Positions 38,936 through 50,951 of a DNA stretch of 64,000 nt are shown one piece after another. The stretch is from NCBI GenBank assembly GCA_047495785.1, contig JBLDXI010000001.1, forward strand, positions 3,224,001-3,288,000. Reading direction: 5' to 3'. The translations under genes and the position numbers were made by a program. Under the pieces are notes generated by a model. That model was not told the origin of the DNA. It worked only from the letters and a program-made list of their open reading frames with translations, and searched no databases. This stretch comes from Lepidodermella squamata. Its lineage: Eukaryota; Animalia; Gastrotricha. Position 1 is the first letter of the stretch; each line of letters opens with the position of its first letter.

Positions 38936-39437
38936 GGTGATTTAAAGAAGGAGCTGAGCTCAAAAAGGAGCTGAGCTCAATGGAGCTGAGCTCTAACGGA
39001 GCTGAGCTCCCTGAATACCGCGCGCGGTCAAGTCAAAGGCCAAGTTCATGGAACAATGTCGGTTTTAATACCAAAATATAGATCGTTCAATTCTCTATCG
39101 ACTGAATATAGGTTTGCCGCTCGAAAAACTAAACAGAAAAAAGTTAAGTTGGTAAATAAATTAATGCAATTTGCGCGCACTCTCAAGCGATATGCACACC
39201 TAAATACGCAATCTAGCATGGGCGTAAAACTTTTTCTGGTTGATTTTTTCGATCGAGAAATCTACATTCGATCGATAGAGAATTGAACGATCTATATTTT
39301 GGTAGTAAAACCGACATTGTTCCATGAACTTGGCCTTTGACTAGACCGCGCGCGGTATTCAGGGAGCTCAGCTCCGTTAGAGCTCAGCTCCATTGAGCTC
39401 AGCTCCTTTTTGAGCTCAGCTCCTTCTTTAAATCACC
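38936..39437. mobile_element. Foldback/MITE with ~165-bp near-perfect inverted arms, each holding four GGAGCTGAGCTC units
   Basis: GGTGATTTAAAGAAGGAGCTGAGCTC...CAATTCTCTATCGA mirrored at ~39272-39437 with very few mismatches; TSD not resolved. Confidence 0.85.
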
Positions 39438-39840
39438 AAGTACGGAGCGGCGAAGTTAAGCGCGTTATTTCTGTATCTAATCGGGGCAAAAAGTCTAAAT
39501 CACGCTGAAAATTGATCTATGGCGTGTTGCGCGTTCGAATTTAGCCTAAGCATGTTTTACAGTGATGAGTGAGATTCGGAACTGTCAACTGTCAACTTGA
39601 CTCACATCAAGCATCGACATATGCTCATCTGCCGTTCGACTCCTATGAAATGCCGACCCGGCGCAAATCTCTGCCGCAACACTGGGTTTCGCTTAAAGAG
39701 CGTATTTAGCCAAATATATATCGGTAACATGTACTCCTATTATATAAAGTAATTTAAGTATAATTAAATATTTTCAATTTAATTATACGTCATTTATTTT
39801 GGAAGAGCGGGAAAATTTTTGTAAAAGAGAAAGCGCGTGA

Positions 39841-39848
39841 TGACGTCA
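39841..39848. promoter_or_regulatory. Palindromic CRE-like site TGACGTCA upstream of PSMB2
   Basis: Exact CRE octamer about 40 nt upstream of a candidate 5'-UTR donor CAG|GTAAT (~39890) in the divergent promoter region; function unproven. Confidence 0.35.
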
Positions 39849-40150
39849 AGCTCTGTCTTCCTCAAGCAAAGAGTTGGCTTCAGATGCAGGTAATAGCTGG
39901 CGGCTGGCGGATGAAACAGCCAACAGCCAAAATGCTTGTTCAGTGGTTAAAAATAGTAGAATAGTCACCCTCTTGTATCTCATATCTCATCGATGCCACT
40001 CGATGAATGCAGTATGTAACTCGGTACTTTAGTCGTTTAGCTTAGAAGCTTGTCTGATCTGTGTTCATCAGTTTTCACTTCTTGTTCGAAATTACCGATT
40101 CTCGATTCTATTTTCGAATATTGCTGCAATTTTATTTCCAGGTTTTAAAG

Positions 40151-40741
40151 ATGGAGTGTATTATTGGCATGTGCGGCAGCGACTTTGCTATGGTCGCTAC
40201 TGATACTCACGCTGCTCGAAGCATTATGGCTCTCAAGTTGGACACTGACAAGATGTACAAGCTTAGCGAGAAAACTATTCTCGCTGTGTGTGGAGAAGGT
40301 GGTGATGCTGATCAATTTGCCGAGTACATCCAGAAGAACATCAAGCTGTACAAAATGCGCAACAGCTACGATCTCAGCACCGCTGCTGCTGCTAACTTCA
40401 CCAGGCGCCAGGTTGCCGACTTCCTCCGCTCTCGGACTCCGTATCAGGTCAACTCACTAATTGCTGGCTATGATGATCCTGCAGGTCCTCAGCTTTATTA
40501 TCTTGACTATTTGGGCGCGCTGATGCCTGTTAAATTCGGCGCTCACGGCTATGGTTCTTTCTTCTCTCTGTCGGTTTTTGACCGCTTTTACAATCCGAAC
40601 GTTACTCGTCAACAAGCGTATGAATTGATGCAGAAGGCTGTAGATGAAGTCAAAACTCGGTTCATTGTCAACATGCACGCTTTCAAAGTTCGTGTTGTCG
40701 ACAAGGACGGCATTCACGACCTGCCGGATATCACTGCTTAA
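40151..40741 (+). CDS. PSMB2: 20S proteasome subunit beta type-2 (beta4)
   Basis: MECIIGMCGSDFAMVATD...GEGGDADQFAEYIQKNIKLYKMRNSYDLS...RSRTPYQVN...AHGYGSFF; intronless CDS; acceptor TTTCCAG 9 nt before the ATG. Confidence 0.95.
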   Translation: MECIIGMCGSDFAMVATDTHAARSIMALKLDTDKMYKLSEKTILAVCGEGGDADQFAEYIQKNIKLYKMRNSYDLSTAAAANFTRRQVADFLRSRTPYQVNSLIAGYDDPAGPQLYYLDYLGALMPVKFGAHGYGSFFSLSVFDRFYNPNVTRQQAYELMQKAVDEVKTRFIVNMHAFKVRVVDKDGIHDLPDITA

Positions 40742-40931
40742 AGCAATTCCTGTTACTTCGTCAAACGAAGCTAAATCCCAGTGAAGGCAATAACTGATTT
40801 GCTTGATGTGAAATAATTACTTCTTTGATGCAACACAAAGTGTTTAGTTGATGCCAATGTTTAGCTGCTTGCAATTAGTGAAACTATAATTTGTGATTTT
40901 TTCTTCCGATGTAGAAAATGTTACGAACTAA

Positions 40932-41747
40932 ATGCAATTTTCGACACTGAGCCGCAACTTCCTAACCTGTTTTACCCGACAAGCTTTAACTAATCAATTT
41001 TGTTACAACTTTTTACTAATGGAGAACTGTCGCCCAAGTCGATTCGGCCACTCAAGTGCTCAAAATGCAGTCTTGAGGGAGCGCAACGTCGAAGTTAGCT
41101 CACCCAAGAAGCAGATGTTAGTTGCTGTCGAGGGCAATATCGGGGCTGGGAAGAGTACCTTCCTTAAACACATCGCAAAACTTTCTGATGTTGACGTGAT
41201 AATGGAACCAGTTGACGATTGGTGCAACATTAATGGCACTAATATGCTTCACTTGCTGTACAGCGACCCGAAACGTTGGTGTTTCGCCTTCAATTCGAAC
41301 GCAATGTTGGCTCGTATGAAAATGCATTGCGACGCCAATTCTAAGAAGTCGGTTAAAATCATTGAACGGTCTTTATACGCGACTCGTCACGTTTTCGTCG
41401 AACAAAGCTATCAAGCCGGTGACATTCTCGACCTTGAACTTGCCATGTTGGACGAATTATTTCAAAGCCTGCGAAATTACTGCGATGTTCGATTGGATAA
41501 AATCGTCTATCTCCGCGCGTCGCCTGAAACATGCTTGGAAAGGATAAAAAAGCGAGGAAGGATAGAAGAGGCGAATCTCAGTTTGGATTTTCTGAGATCT
41601 TTGCATGATTTGTACGACGAATGGCTGCTGCAGAAAAGCAGCAGTTATGGTATTCCAGTTGTGACTATCGATTGTGATCGGGACATTCACGACCGTCTTC
41701 CAGTTATTTACGACTCGGTTTTTCAGCCTGCCGTCTCCTTGCCCTGA
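40932..41747 (+). CDS. Deoxynucleoside kinase (TK2/dNK family)
   Basis: P-loop VEGNIGAGKST, EPVDDW, ERS, YLRASPETCLERIKKRGRIEE; alternative ATG at 41019. Confidence 0.92.
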   Translation: MQFSTLSRNFLTCFTRQALTNQFCYNFLLMENCRPSRFGHSSAQNAVLRERNVEVSSPKKQMLVAVEGNIGAGKSTFLKHIAKLSDVDVIMEPVDDWCNINGTNMLHLLYSDPKRWCFAFNSNAMLARMKMHCDANSKKSVKIIERSLYATRHVFVEQSYQAGDILDLELAMLDELFQSLRNYCDVRLDKIVYLRASPETCLERIKKRGRIEEANLSLDFLRSLHDLYDEWLLQKSSSYGIPVVTIDCDRDIHDRLPVIYDSVFQPAVSLP

Positions 41748-41908
41748 TGAACTTGAATTTCCAGTCATTTTTGTGTTTTTTTCAATAATAATTGTTTCGC
41801 CTAAATAATTTTTCGGAAATTGTTATCTTTCTTACTTAATCTCAACTCTATATTCTGAAAAATTCGTGTAAATAAACTGAACTTTTGTTAATTTGTTTTG
41901 TTAGAAAA

Positions 41909-43922
41909 ATGAACTTAAATCGATTAGATTCGAGCGATGTTCACTTGATTTGTGCCTCGCAAGTGATAACCGGCATTCCCTCGGTTTTGAAAGAGCTCAT
42001 TGAAAATGCAATCGATGCCAAGGCGAGTCAAATCGAAATTCGATTGCGAGATCACGGCCTGAAAAGCGTCGAAGTCATTGATAACGGCTGTGGAATAGCC
42101 GAGCGAGATTTAGACACGATCTGCGTCGCGAGATCCACCTCAAAATTACGTGATTTCAGCGATTTAGACCTTGTTTCAACATTCGGATTTCGCGGCGAGG
42201 CTCTTCATTCACTCTGCGGAGTCGCAAAAGTTGAAATCGTATCAAGAACAGCCGAAACTGAGACTGGCTTCCGGTTCGAATACGACCACGGCGGAAAATT
42301 GTTAGTGAAACGACCTTTTCACCGCGAAATAGGCACGACCGTTATTGTGTCTGATCTATTCACAACAATGCCAGTTCGGCGGCGTGAGTTGGAGAAAAAT
42401 TGCAAGAAACACTTCGCAGCTTGTTTGAGTATCTTAAAATCGTACGCAATCATTTCAAAAGGCGTGCGATTTCTCGCGACTAACACGTCGCAAAACGGTA
42501 AAATGGCGAAAATTTTCGACGTGATTTCTACTGAAAATCTCCGATCAAACATATGCTGTGTTTTTTCGCCGCAAGATGTGAAAGAACTAGTCGAATTCAA
42601 GCAAATCTCAACGATTTCAGACGAAATTCGGGAGGAATTTTCTTTGCGAGAAAACATGTTATCGCGACTCGCTGACATGAAAATAACAGGTCTGGTCTCA
42701 GGTACTTCGTCTAATATGAACAAAAGTTTGAGGGCGTCTCCAGATCGGCAGTATTTGTTTGTGAATTCTCGTCCGGCTAATTTACCGAAATTAACGCGGT
42801 TAATTAACGATTTCTACCGGCCTTTAACTTGTCGCCACGTTTATCCGACGTTTTTCTTGAACATCGATCTGACAAATTGCCGCGATCTGATTGATATAAA
42901 CGTAACGCCTGATAAGAAGGATATGTTTCTCGCCTGTGAATCTCTGCTATTAGCCGTGATTAAAAGCTCTTTGGAGCAAATTTTAGGCAGTCGAGTTGAG
43001 AAAACGTTCGAAATTGCCGAAAAACCGGCGAAAATTGCGATTGTTGAGGCTGATTCGTCAACTGAAGAGTTGCCTAAAAAGCGAATGAGATTAGCCCCGA
43101 TCGACATTTCAACGATCCACCTGTCGAAAAATGTCGAATGTTCGATACCAAAAATCAGAGAATTATCTGCGAAAATTGAAGAAATTCCAGCTGAGATGGA
43201 GAAAATTGAAGAAATCGGTGGAATTTCGGAGGATTTATCCGAGTCGAGCACGTTTTCGAAATCGGATTTTCTACGTTTAATCGTCATTGGCCAGTTCAAT
43301 CGATCGTTTATTATCGCGAGACTAGACAAGGAATTCTATATAATCGACCAACACGCGGCCGATGAGCGTTGGAATTTCGAATTACTTCAAAAATCGGCTG
43401 AAAATAACTCGGATGGCGGGGTTAAAATTCAGGCTTTAATCGCTCCAAAACGCATGGAACTCGCGCCTGATGCTGAAATTTGCCTGAGGGATAATTTAGA
43501 AATTGCTGAGAAAAACGGATTCCGATTTGTTGAAAGCTCAGATGGCAAGTTGCTGTTGACCGGCGTGCCTAGTGTGACAGGTCGAGGCGGGCAGACGTGT
43601 TTGTTCGGGCAGAACGATCTTGAGGAGCTGATTTACATTTTAACGGAAGAAACCGGCGGCAAATCGGGGCTGATCAGCAGCAACCAGCCGTCGAAATTGA
43701 GGCGCGTTCATGCGAGCCGGGCCTGCCGCCGGGCTATAATGGCCGGCGAGCCGTTAAATCATGCTGCTATGCGAAAATTACTCGTCCAACGTGAGTTTTC
43801 ATTTTAATTTGCTGGAATTCTAATTTTTTCAATTTTATCTAGTTTCGAATTGCGATCACCCGTGGAATTGTCCACACGGCCGTCCGACGATCCGCCATTT
43901 GTTTCGAACTGGCCACCTGTAA
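41909..43922 (+). CDS. PMS2: Mismatch-repair endonuclease PMS2 (MutL family); one intron ~43791-43842
   Basis: [47 protein letters not shown]; last exon [11 protein letters not shown]. Confidence 0.95.
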
Positions 43923-44146
43923 AAAAGACTAATTGTGATTATTTTCGCATGCAAATTGTGTCTTGCGGTGAAAATGCCGATTTTTTCTACATATTTTTTT
44001 TGTTTCATCGTATGATAATTTTAAGCTCAATTTCTACTATTGTTTTGCTCAACAATTTTGCACGTGTAAAGTTCGATGAAAAATGAGAATAACAATATTT
44101 CGCAATAATTTTTAGCCTTATTAATTTTAAATTATACTATTTGGAG

Positions 44147-47100
44147 ATGGCGACTGAAATGCAGCAAGATCCGGCTGCGAATTCGACACAATACCCGAAA
44201 ATTCGAATTAAATGTGAGTAGAGTTTTTGATCAGTCGTTCATTCTTTCCTTTAATTTATTGTTTTTCTTGTCATTTTAGCCTGGCGAACCGTAGCCACGT
44301 GGCGGTGGGTGGCCAATGATGACACGTGCGGCATTTGCCGCATGCCTTTCAACGCGTGTTGCCCCGACTGTCACTTGCCAGGCGATTCGTGCGCTATCGG
44401 TTAGTTTTAGTCTTGAAATGATTAAGCTTTTATGGAAAATTGGTCTTCAAAGTGCTTTTGATATGATTTAACTGCTTTCAAAACATTGCATGTGACCTTC
44501 GAGTGTTATTTAAATCCAGGCGTTTCGATGTGCCTCGGATTGATGAAACCAAGATCCAAGTTGCGCGCTATTTTCAGGTTGAATGATTTGAAGGCAGACA
44601 TAGTTTTCTAAGAGGTCTGAAGCTTTGAGATTCCTTAATTCTGGTCATCACAGCATGTTTAAAATGTCCTCATTACCCATTACCGCAAGCTGAAGAGCGC
44701 AACCGCGTGACCATTTTTAATATGAACAATTGTTAGACATTGAGGACATTTTACTCCAGCGACAATGAATTTAGAAAAAGTATCATCAGCCGCCTGAAAT
44801 AATAAGGTGATGAACACAAGCGCCGCCTTAGAACACAGTAGTATTTCGAGAGAAAAAATATTTTGATTGACATATTATTCTCATTCGATTAAATCGCTCG
44901 CTTGCTCAGTTGAGTTTATGATGTTTGGGTCTCAGGTTTCAAGCTGAAGAAATTAAGGTGGATGACGATAACCCGCGGTGAAAATCGAAAAATATCGGCC
45001 ATCTAAGTGTCTCGTTAAGAATTCTATTTGTTTGGAAGCCTCATAATTTTTCTCGTGCCAAACTCGTGGACTAGTTTGAAAATGATTAATTTTGATTACT
45101 GTATATCTACTAATTTTCGGTGGTTACTAATTTTCGGTTTTGGAGATTTCGGACCTGTACTTTTAATTTCGGTGGATTTGAATTCGGTTTGAGAGTTGAT
45201 CCTGAGAAAAAAATTCGAAATTAGTCACTTTAAAATTGATTTCAGTGCTTCAATTTCGTGTTTTTACACGCTATGAGGAGATAATCACTGCTTTAGCAGC
45301 GTCAATGTCTGCTGCTTCTAATATCCTTACTACCTAAAATTGCTGGTAACACAATTTCGGCACATTTTACCCTACTTTACCATGATGAAGCTGTATTGTA
45401 GAAAAGAACAATAAATTGGCCGAATTTATTTTCGGTGATTTTGAATTCGGTGTTTCCTCAAAAACACCGAATTCAAAGATCAAACCGAAAATTAGTGACC
45501 ACCGAAAAATAGTAGAGGAAACTCATGTTTTATTGAAAAAACACATATATGGCAGATAAATCCTAACTGCTTGCCCTATGACACATAAAGTTGAGAACTA
45601 AGAATAGCTATTGTTTCTAGTTTATATATTGTATTATATCAAGGTGCTAATGAGCTAGTGTGCTACTTGTTATTATACAAGTGGTAATGTAAAATTCGGC
45701 ACGAGTCCTTAACTACAGAAAGAACAATATCGTTCAACAAGGATTTATTAAGGTTAAGTTTGTTAAAAAGTTCGATTAGTCCACGCGTAACAGTTCCGCG
45801 CGCTCCGACGAATACTCCGCTGACTTCAATTGATTTGAGTTTGTATACGTCCATCAGATACGGCACACATGGTAGATAGTGGTCGCGTTTTACTCTGTCT
45901 GCATCTTCAAACTGCGTTGCTGAGTTCTCGATCCTGATCGTCGGATCAAGAATGATGCCAAACTTCGTTTTCGGATCATATGCAATGATGTCCACGCGTT
46001 TCCATGATCCCCCTTCCTGCATTACCTGCACCTCTTCATGTGCCTTCATGCCGTTTTTCCGCAAGGCTGTGGCAATCATGGATCGGACCTTGTCATGGCG
46101 GTTGTTGATCATCAGTTTGTTGTGTTCACATGAGCCAAGAACGTGTCCCAGAGTTTCTTTCTCAGCACCGCAATGGCGGCACTGGGTTCCGTCGCTCACG
46201 TTACTTACCAACTTGCTGCTTCTAACAGCCACCATTCGGGTCGACATCTTCAGGGCCGTGGTGTATTCGCTAGACGAGAGGCCGGTTTTGTTGATAATGA
46301 GATTGTTTCCAGCAGGGTAGTCTTTGAAAAGTACCGCCCCCTTTCCACTAGGCTTCTCACACCATTCGTCAAAACAGCGTTCCCGTTTCAGCTTTCGCAA
46401 GTCGCGGCTGGTTGGTGGTGCTGAATCGCCTGGCGAAGAGAGATCCTTTTCGTCGATGTTCAGACATTTGAGGCACTGCTCCATTTCACCCTCCAAATCT
46501 CTGCAGAAGTCGAGTCAGTATATAGCTCAAAAACAGAAATATTTGTAATTTTTTGTATCAACGGTATTTTTCACTGTTTTTTCCCAAATTTCTCCTGAAA
46601 GACGTAGCAAACAATTTTCCAAAATTTTTCCTTGTTCTGAATAATTTGAAAACATATTTGATACCTTCAAAACCCGTAAAAAGTGATAGTTAATCCATCC
46701 TAAATTATCCTAATCCCAAGTTCTAAATTCTTCTTGGCGCCCTAAATTTAGGGTTCCAGCAATAACTTTGAGACTCCAGCACTAGATTTCCCCTAAATAT
46801 GGTTCTTCGAGTTTCTAGACTTCATTAGAATCTCAAATTTTTGTTATTATGCTTAACCGATAGGCCTATATTACGCGTATTTTTCGCTAAAAGCGATCAG
46901 TTTGCGAATTATACTTCATCCTGTTAAGCCGATGTCTGAATAAAGCTATTAGCACGGGCACATTTGGAATTTTAATCTCTACCGCGGCAAAATTCAATAA
47001 ATTGGCAAATAAATAAGTTTTATCTATCATCTATCGTCCACTTCAATATGGCTAGTCTGACGCATACGTTTCGTCTCGGCCAAGAGACTCATCAAGACCT

Positions 47101-47532
47101 TAGTTAAGAAAGTGGTAACCTTAGTAAGAAACTGGTTCATTACACCAGCGTACGCTCGCTGATATCTGGGCGATTTTCGTCTTCCGTCTGTCTTAACTTC
47201 TAATTACCTTTTTGGCCTTTTTTGGCCTGAAAACCACATGGAAGCAATAAAATCACCTTTCCCACCTCTGGTTCGAATTTCAGCTGAGACAGATTTTTAT
47301 TCGCGTCCAAGGTTGCCCCACGGTGTGTTAGTAGCCAATGACAGCTTTTTTTTATATAAATTCAAGCTGTGCCAATTTGTATTTATTTTCTTTTCCTGCA
47401 ATTTCAGCCTCCGGTCGCTGCAGTCATTGTTTCCACTCGCATTGCATTCGCAAATGGCTGACGCAGCAGCAGTCGAATAAGCTGTGCCCGATGTGCCGGC
47501 AAGACTGGGTCGCGCAGTCCGGCACCTCCTAA
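44147..47532 (+). CDS. ANAPC11: Anaphase-promoting complex subunit 11 (RING-H2); exons ~44147-44213, 44280-44399, 47408-47532
   Basis: KIRIKSWRTVATWRWVANDDTCGICRMPFNACCPDCHLPGDSCAI|ASGRCSHCFHSHCIRKWL...CPMCRQDW; first two exons are not in the ORF track. Confidence 0.93.
45098..45516. mobile_element. MITE with inverted ends (right end truncated) in ANAPC11 intron 2
   Basis: TA|CTGTATATCTACTAATTTTCGGTGGTTACTAATTTTCGGTTT mirrored by AAACCGAAAATTAGTGACCACCGAAAAATAGTAGA. Confidence 0.65.
45520..46515 (-). mobile_element. 5'-truncated RLE-type (R2/NeSL/R4-superfamily) non-LTR retrotransposon in ANAPC11 intron 2
   Basis: ORF 45663-46496: zinc knuckle CRHC...ETLGHVLGSC, RHD, restriction-like endonuclease RVDII...ILDPTI...K--HY, VGARG; no RT core; AATAAA near 45534. 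Confidence 0.85.
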
Positions 47533-47835
47533 TGATAGCCGCCTACCCAAACTGAGTATTTCATCAATTTCTTTCTCATTTTGTGTGTTTTGTGACAACT
47601 CTCATTCACGCGTTTTCTCGCATTTTCTACGAAAATTGATAAAAATGCCAAATAAACATGCGAATCGATTAACCAAGTGGGTGCTTTTATTTACCTTTCA
47701 TTTAATACCGGTCATCGTGATCATTTTCAGAATGAGGTGCGAGAATTATATTATTATAATTAAAACTCACCTTCTGTCATTTTTCGATCGGAAAAAGTGG
47801 ACAAACGCAAACTGTTTTTTTACTAGCTGTGTAAA

Positions 47836-50787
47836 ATGTCTTTAGCCTGGCCGAAGGATTTTCACGATCATTTTGTTATTATCAATGTTTCGGGTTTTCG
47901 ATTTTTGTTGAAGAAGCGGCAGATTTTCAGGCACCCGAGATCGCGACTCGCGCTGATTATCGCCGACGAGTCGACGAATGGCCGCGAGTTGTACTGCGAT
48001 CGAAATCCTTACTTCTTCCCGTTCATCTGCGATTACTACCGGCACGGCGTTATGCACATTCCATCACTAACGTGTAAGAGCTAGAGAAATCGCATACAGG
48101 GTGTTTCAAAAGCAACACAACCGATTTGTAGATATAGGTAGCGACGCTAATTTTTTCGAAGTGGAGCAAATTACGCACCTCATTAACATGGTTGCGCCGA
48201 CAAATCCGGATGCGTTAACGTGTTTCAGTTTTATTTGTTTAATTATCAAATGACGGCCTATATTTTTCATAATATGTTGTCCCCTCGGGCAGGCCTAGTC
48301 AACCGTGGCGATTTTCGCCAAATTCGCCAAATTCGCCAAATTTCCGAACTGCCAGCATCCGCACAGATTTCAACCAAATGTCATAGAAATTTGAGGAATA
48401 ATACATTGAATGACAGGGAGCCCAAAGTGCTGATGTGTCGAAACGCAATAAAATGGGTTTCCTGAATTTTCATAGCTAATAAATGCTATGTGGTCTCGGT
48501 ATATTTAGGAGATTTAGGTAATGTCATTGGCTGAGTCATCCGTTCACTTGCGCGATTTATTGATGCTATGTTTCCCTATCATTGCACAAACACTCTACAG
48601 CAGTTGGACTCAGGTAAAGCAGGTAAAAGGCCTAATTTTGCCAATTTGCCAGTCATTTTTTATTGTTTTCGCTATTTAAGCGTAATTGTATTGCATAATA
48701 AGTGCTCTATTTTAGCAATACGAAGTTCACTCTTACTTAGGATCACTTAGGTACAATCGAAGGTGATTATATCAGCAAATACATTATAAATGAAGGGTTT
48801 TCCTGCATTTAAAACGATTAAAATGCATTTTTTGACATAATTTGACATCTTTTTCACAGTATTTGGCCACTGAGGACGTTCTGGACTTATTCGTTCACCC
48901 AAAATGATGATAGAGATAGTTTGCCTCGTATTCCTCATTCTTTTATTGACGCCCTGAGTCACTAGTATGACAAAATTATGATTTATATGGTCATTTCTAA
49001 ATTTGCCTATAAGAATGACCGAGCGTCCCATAAATGGGACATTGCGTAACTCGGAGACGGTTGGGGGTGGGGTCACCAAATTTCTTTTCTCATATTTATG
49101 ATACCAACATCAATTCCTAAAAAGATTATGACCGTAGCATCAAAATCCTAGATGCCGGTCTAAACGGGTTAACCTATAACAACTCTTTTAATGTGATTTC
49201 AGCGGTAAATGCCGACTCTTTATTTTCCAGATTGTTGGACTATAGTTCGCGAAGAACTTCTCTTCTGGGGTATTAGCCTTGAGGCGATGCAAGACTGCTG
49301 TACAATACGTAAGTTGTAACGACCTTAACGCGACGCATCAAAAATTCATAAAAAATTCTCATAGCGCTATCCGACGACCTTCGAGCACTTGATAAACGAA
49401 AGAAACTACGTGAGATTTTGAGTTCAAATGCTGCTAATAAGTTTTATTCGCAATAATGCATTCGTAAAATCAGAGCGAGTTTTCGGCGATGACAAAATCT
49501 TGACGACAAAATCAGTTGAATACATATCGCTGACTCGAGCCCACGCTCTCCAAAAAGGCTACCACTTCCTATATCAGCCTTGGAAATCGTTCATCGGCCG
49601 AACCTACTACATGTTATACACATTTCTGACCATTTTATACGCTTTCATTTTCATGTTCGAGTGCGTCTTCTGGTCCCGCGATACTTCAAAACTTGAGCAG
49701 CACATTCAAGCTTGTTCTGGCTCGAATGAAACATCAACTGTTCACAGCTATATCGCGGCTAATCGAACCTATCAAGAAGCCCTGGAAATGGGAAATTGGC
49801 CCAAGGCGTATCAGTTATCATCTCCTGCGTCGATATTTTTATATGTCGACGCGATGTGCGTAAGAGTTCAACTTTTTTCCTGTAAAATGTCCAACGATTT
49901 GCCTTATTCAAAGCTTGCAATATTTGCCGTAGATTTCATGCTACGGTTCAGTTTCTTCCCATCTATCGCCTCATTCGCCGTGCAGCCATTGCACATTATT
50001 GATTTTATTTCGCTCAGTCTCAACTGCGTTGCATTCTACCTGGGACATATCATCTACGAGCCATTTTGGTGCGACGAAAACAGCGGTAATTATGCATTTT
50101 GAATTTTGAATTTTACAAATCGCATAGAATTTCGCCCTTATAATTTATGCTTTTCGAAGCTCTTAACCTTTCAATTATTGTTATTATCTAGTTTCGATAT
50201 ACTTCAGCCTCGAAATTTCCCGAATCATCCGCCTGGTTCGCCTCTTCTGCCTATCTCACAAGTACAGCTGGATGTACGTAATGCTTCTAACTTTTCGCGA
50301 GACTGTCGTCGAATTGTTTCTTCTGATCTGTTTCCTATCAATCGGCGTCGCGTTATTTGGCCTCGCAGTTTACATTCCTGAACTGGACACAACGAGCGGC
50401 AAGATTCTTCAGCCATTTCAAGGCTTTTGGTACTCGATTGTAACAATCACAACGCTTGGCTACGGCGATTTCACTCCATCGACGCCCATCGGCTACGCGG
50501 TCGGAGCAGTTTGCTGCACTTCGGGCGTCATTTTTGTCTCGCTTCAGATGCCGTTAATCGCGACTATTTTCTCCGATTTTTATGATTATTCGCTGGAGCA
50601 AAGATTGCGCATTAAGGCAGAGGCTGCCGAAGCCAAGGAGGCGAAACTAGAACAGCAGGTCGCGGCAAATAGGACTCAGGGTGGCGAAACGCGGAGCCGG
50701 GTGGGTTTCAGCGGGGTTTCGTCGATTGATGAAAATAAATCTGTTAGATCTGCGAAAACGAAGTCTGTCAAATCGATGAAAGCTTGA
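47836..50787 (+). CDS. Voltage-gated K+ channel subunit (Shaker superfamily, Shaw/Kv3-like, divergent), multi-exon
   Basis: T1 domain IINVSGFRF...DRNP...YYRHGVMHIP|CWTIVREELLFWGI; S4 ISRIIRLVRLF; pore GFWYSIVTITTLGYGDFTP. Confidence 0.9.
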
Positions 50788-50951
50788 ACTCGAAAAAGCT
50801 AAAAACTTGGAAACTAACTCGAAAAATAAATAATAAAAAACAATGAGTAGAATAAATTGAAATTATTTTCAACTTTTGGCTCTTTTGTTGAGGAAATATG
50901 TTGAGACTTGAGCCCACAGGCCTGGAAAAGAATAAATGTCTTAGTGGAATC

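Noticed and set aside
38954-39010. Regularly spaced GGAGCTGAGCTC repeats resembling a CRISPR array
   Set aside because: Spacers are only 3-4 nt, the array is mirrored as part of an inverted repeat, there are no cas genes and the context is eukaryotic.
40140-40150. GGTTTTAA before the PSMB2 and PAAF1 ATGs resembling the nematode SL2 5' end
   Set aside because: Only 8 nt, formed by an acceptor AG plus AT-rich UTR; no SL RNA donor or Sm site seen.
48094-49180. Tc1/mariner-like end TACAGGGTGTTTC and (TTCGCCAAA)x3 in the Kv intron
   Set aside because: No convincing matching right end or transposase motif; boundaries cannot be supported.
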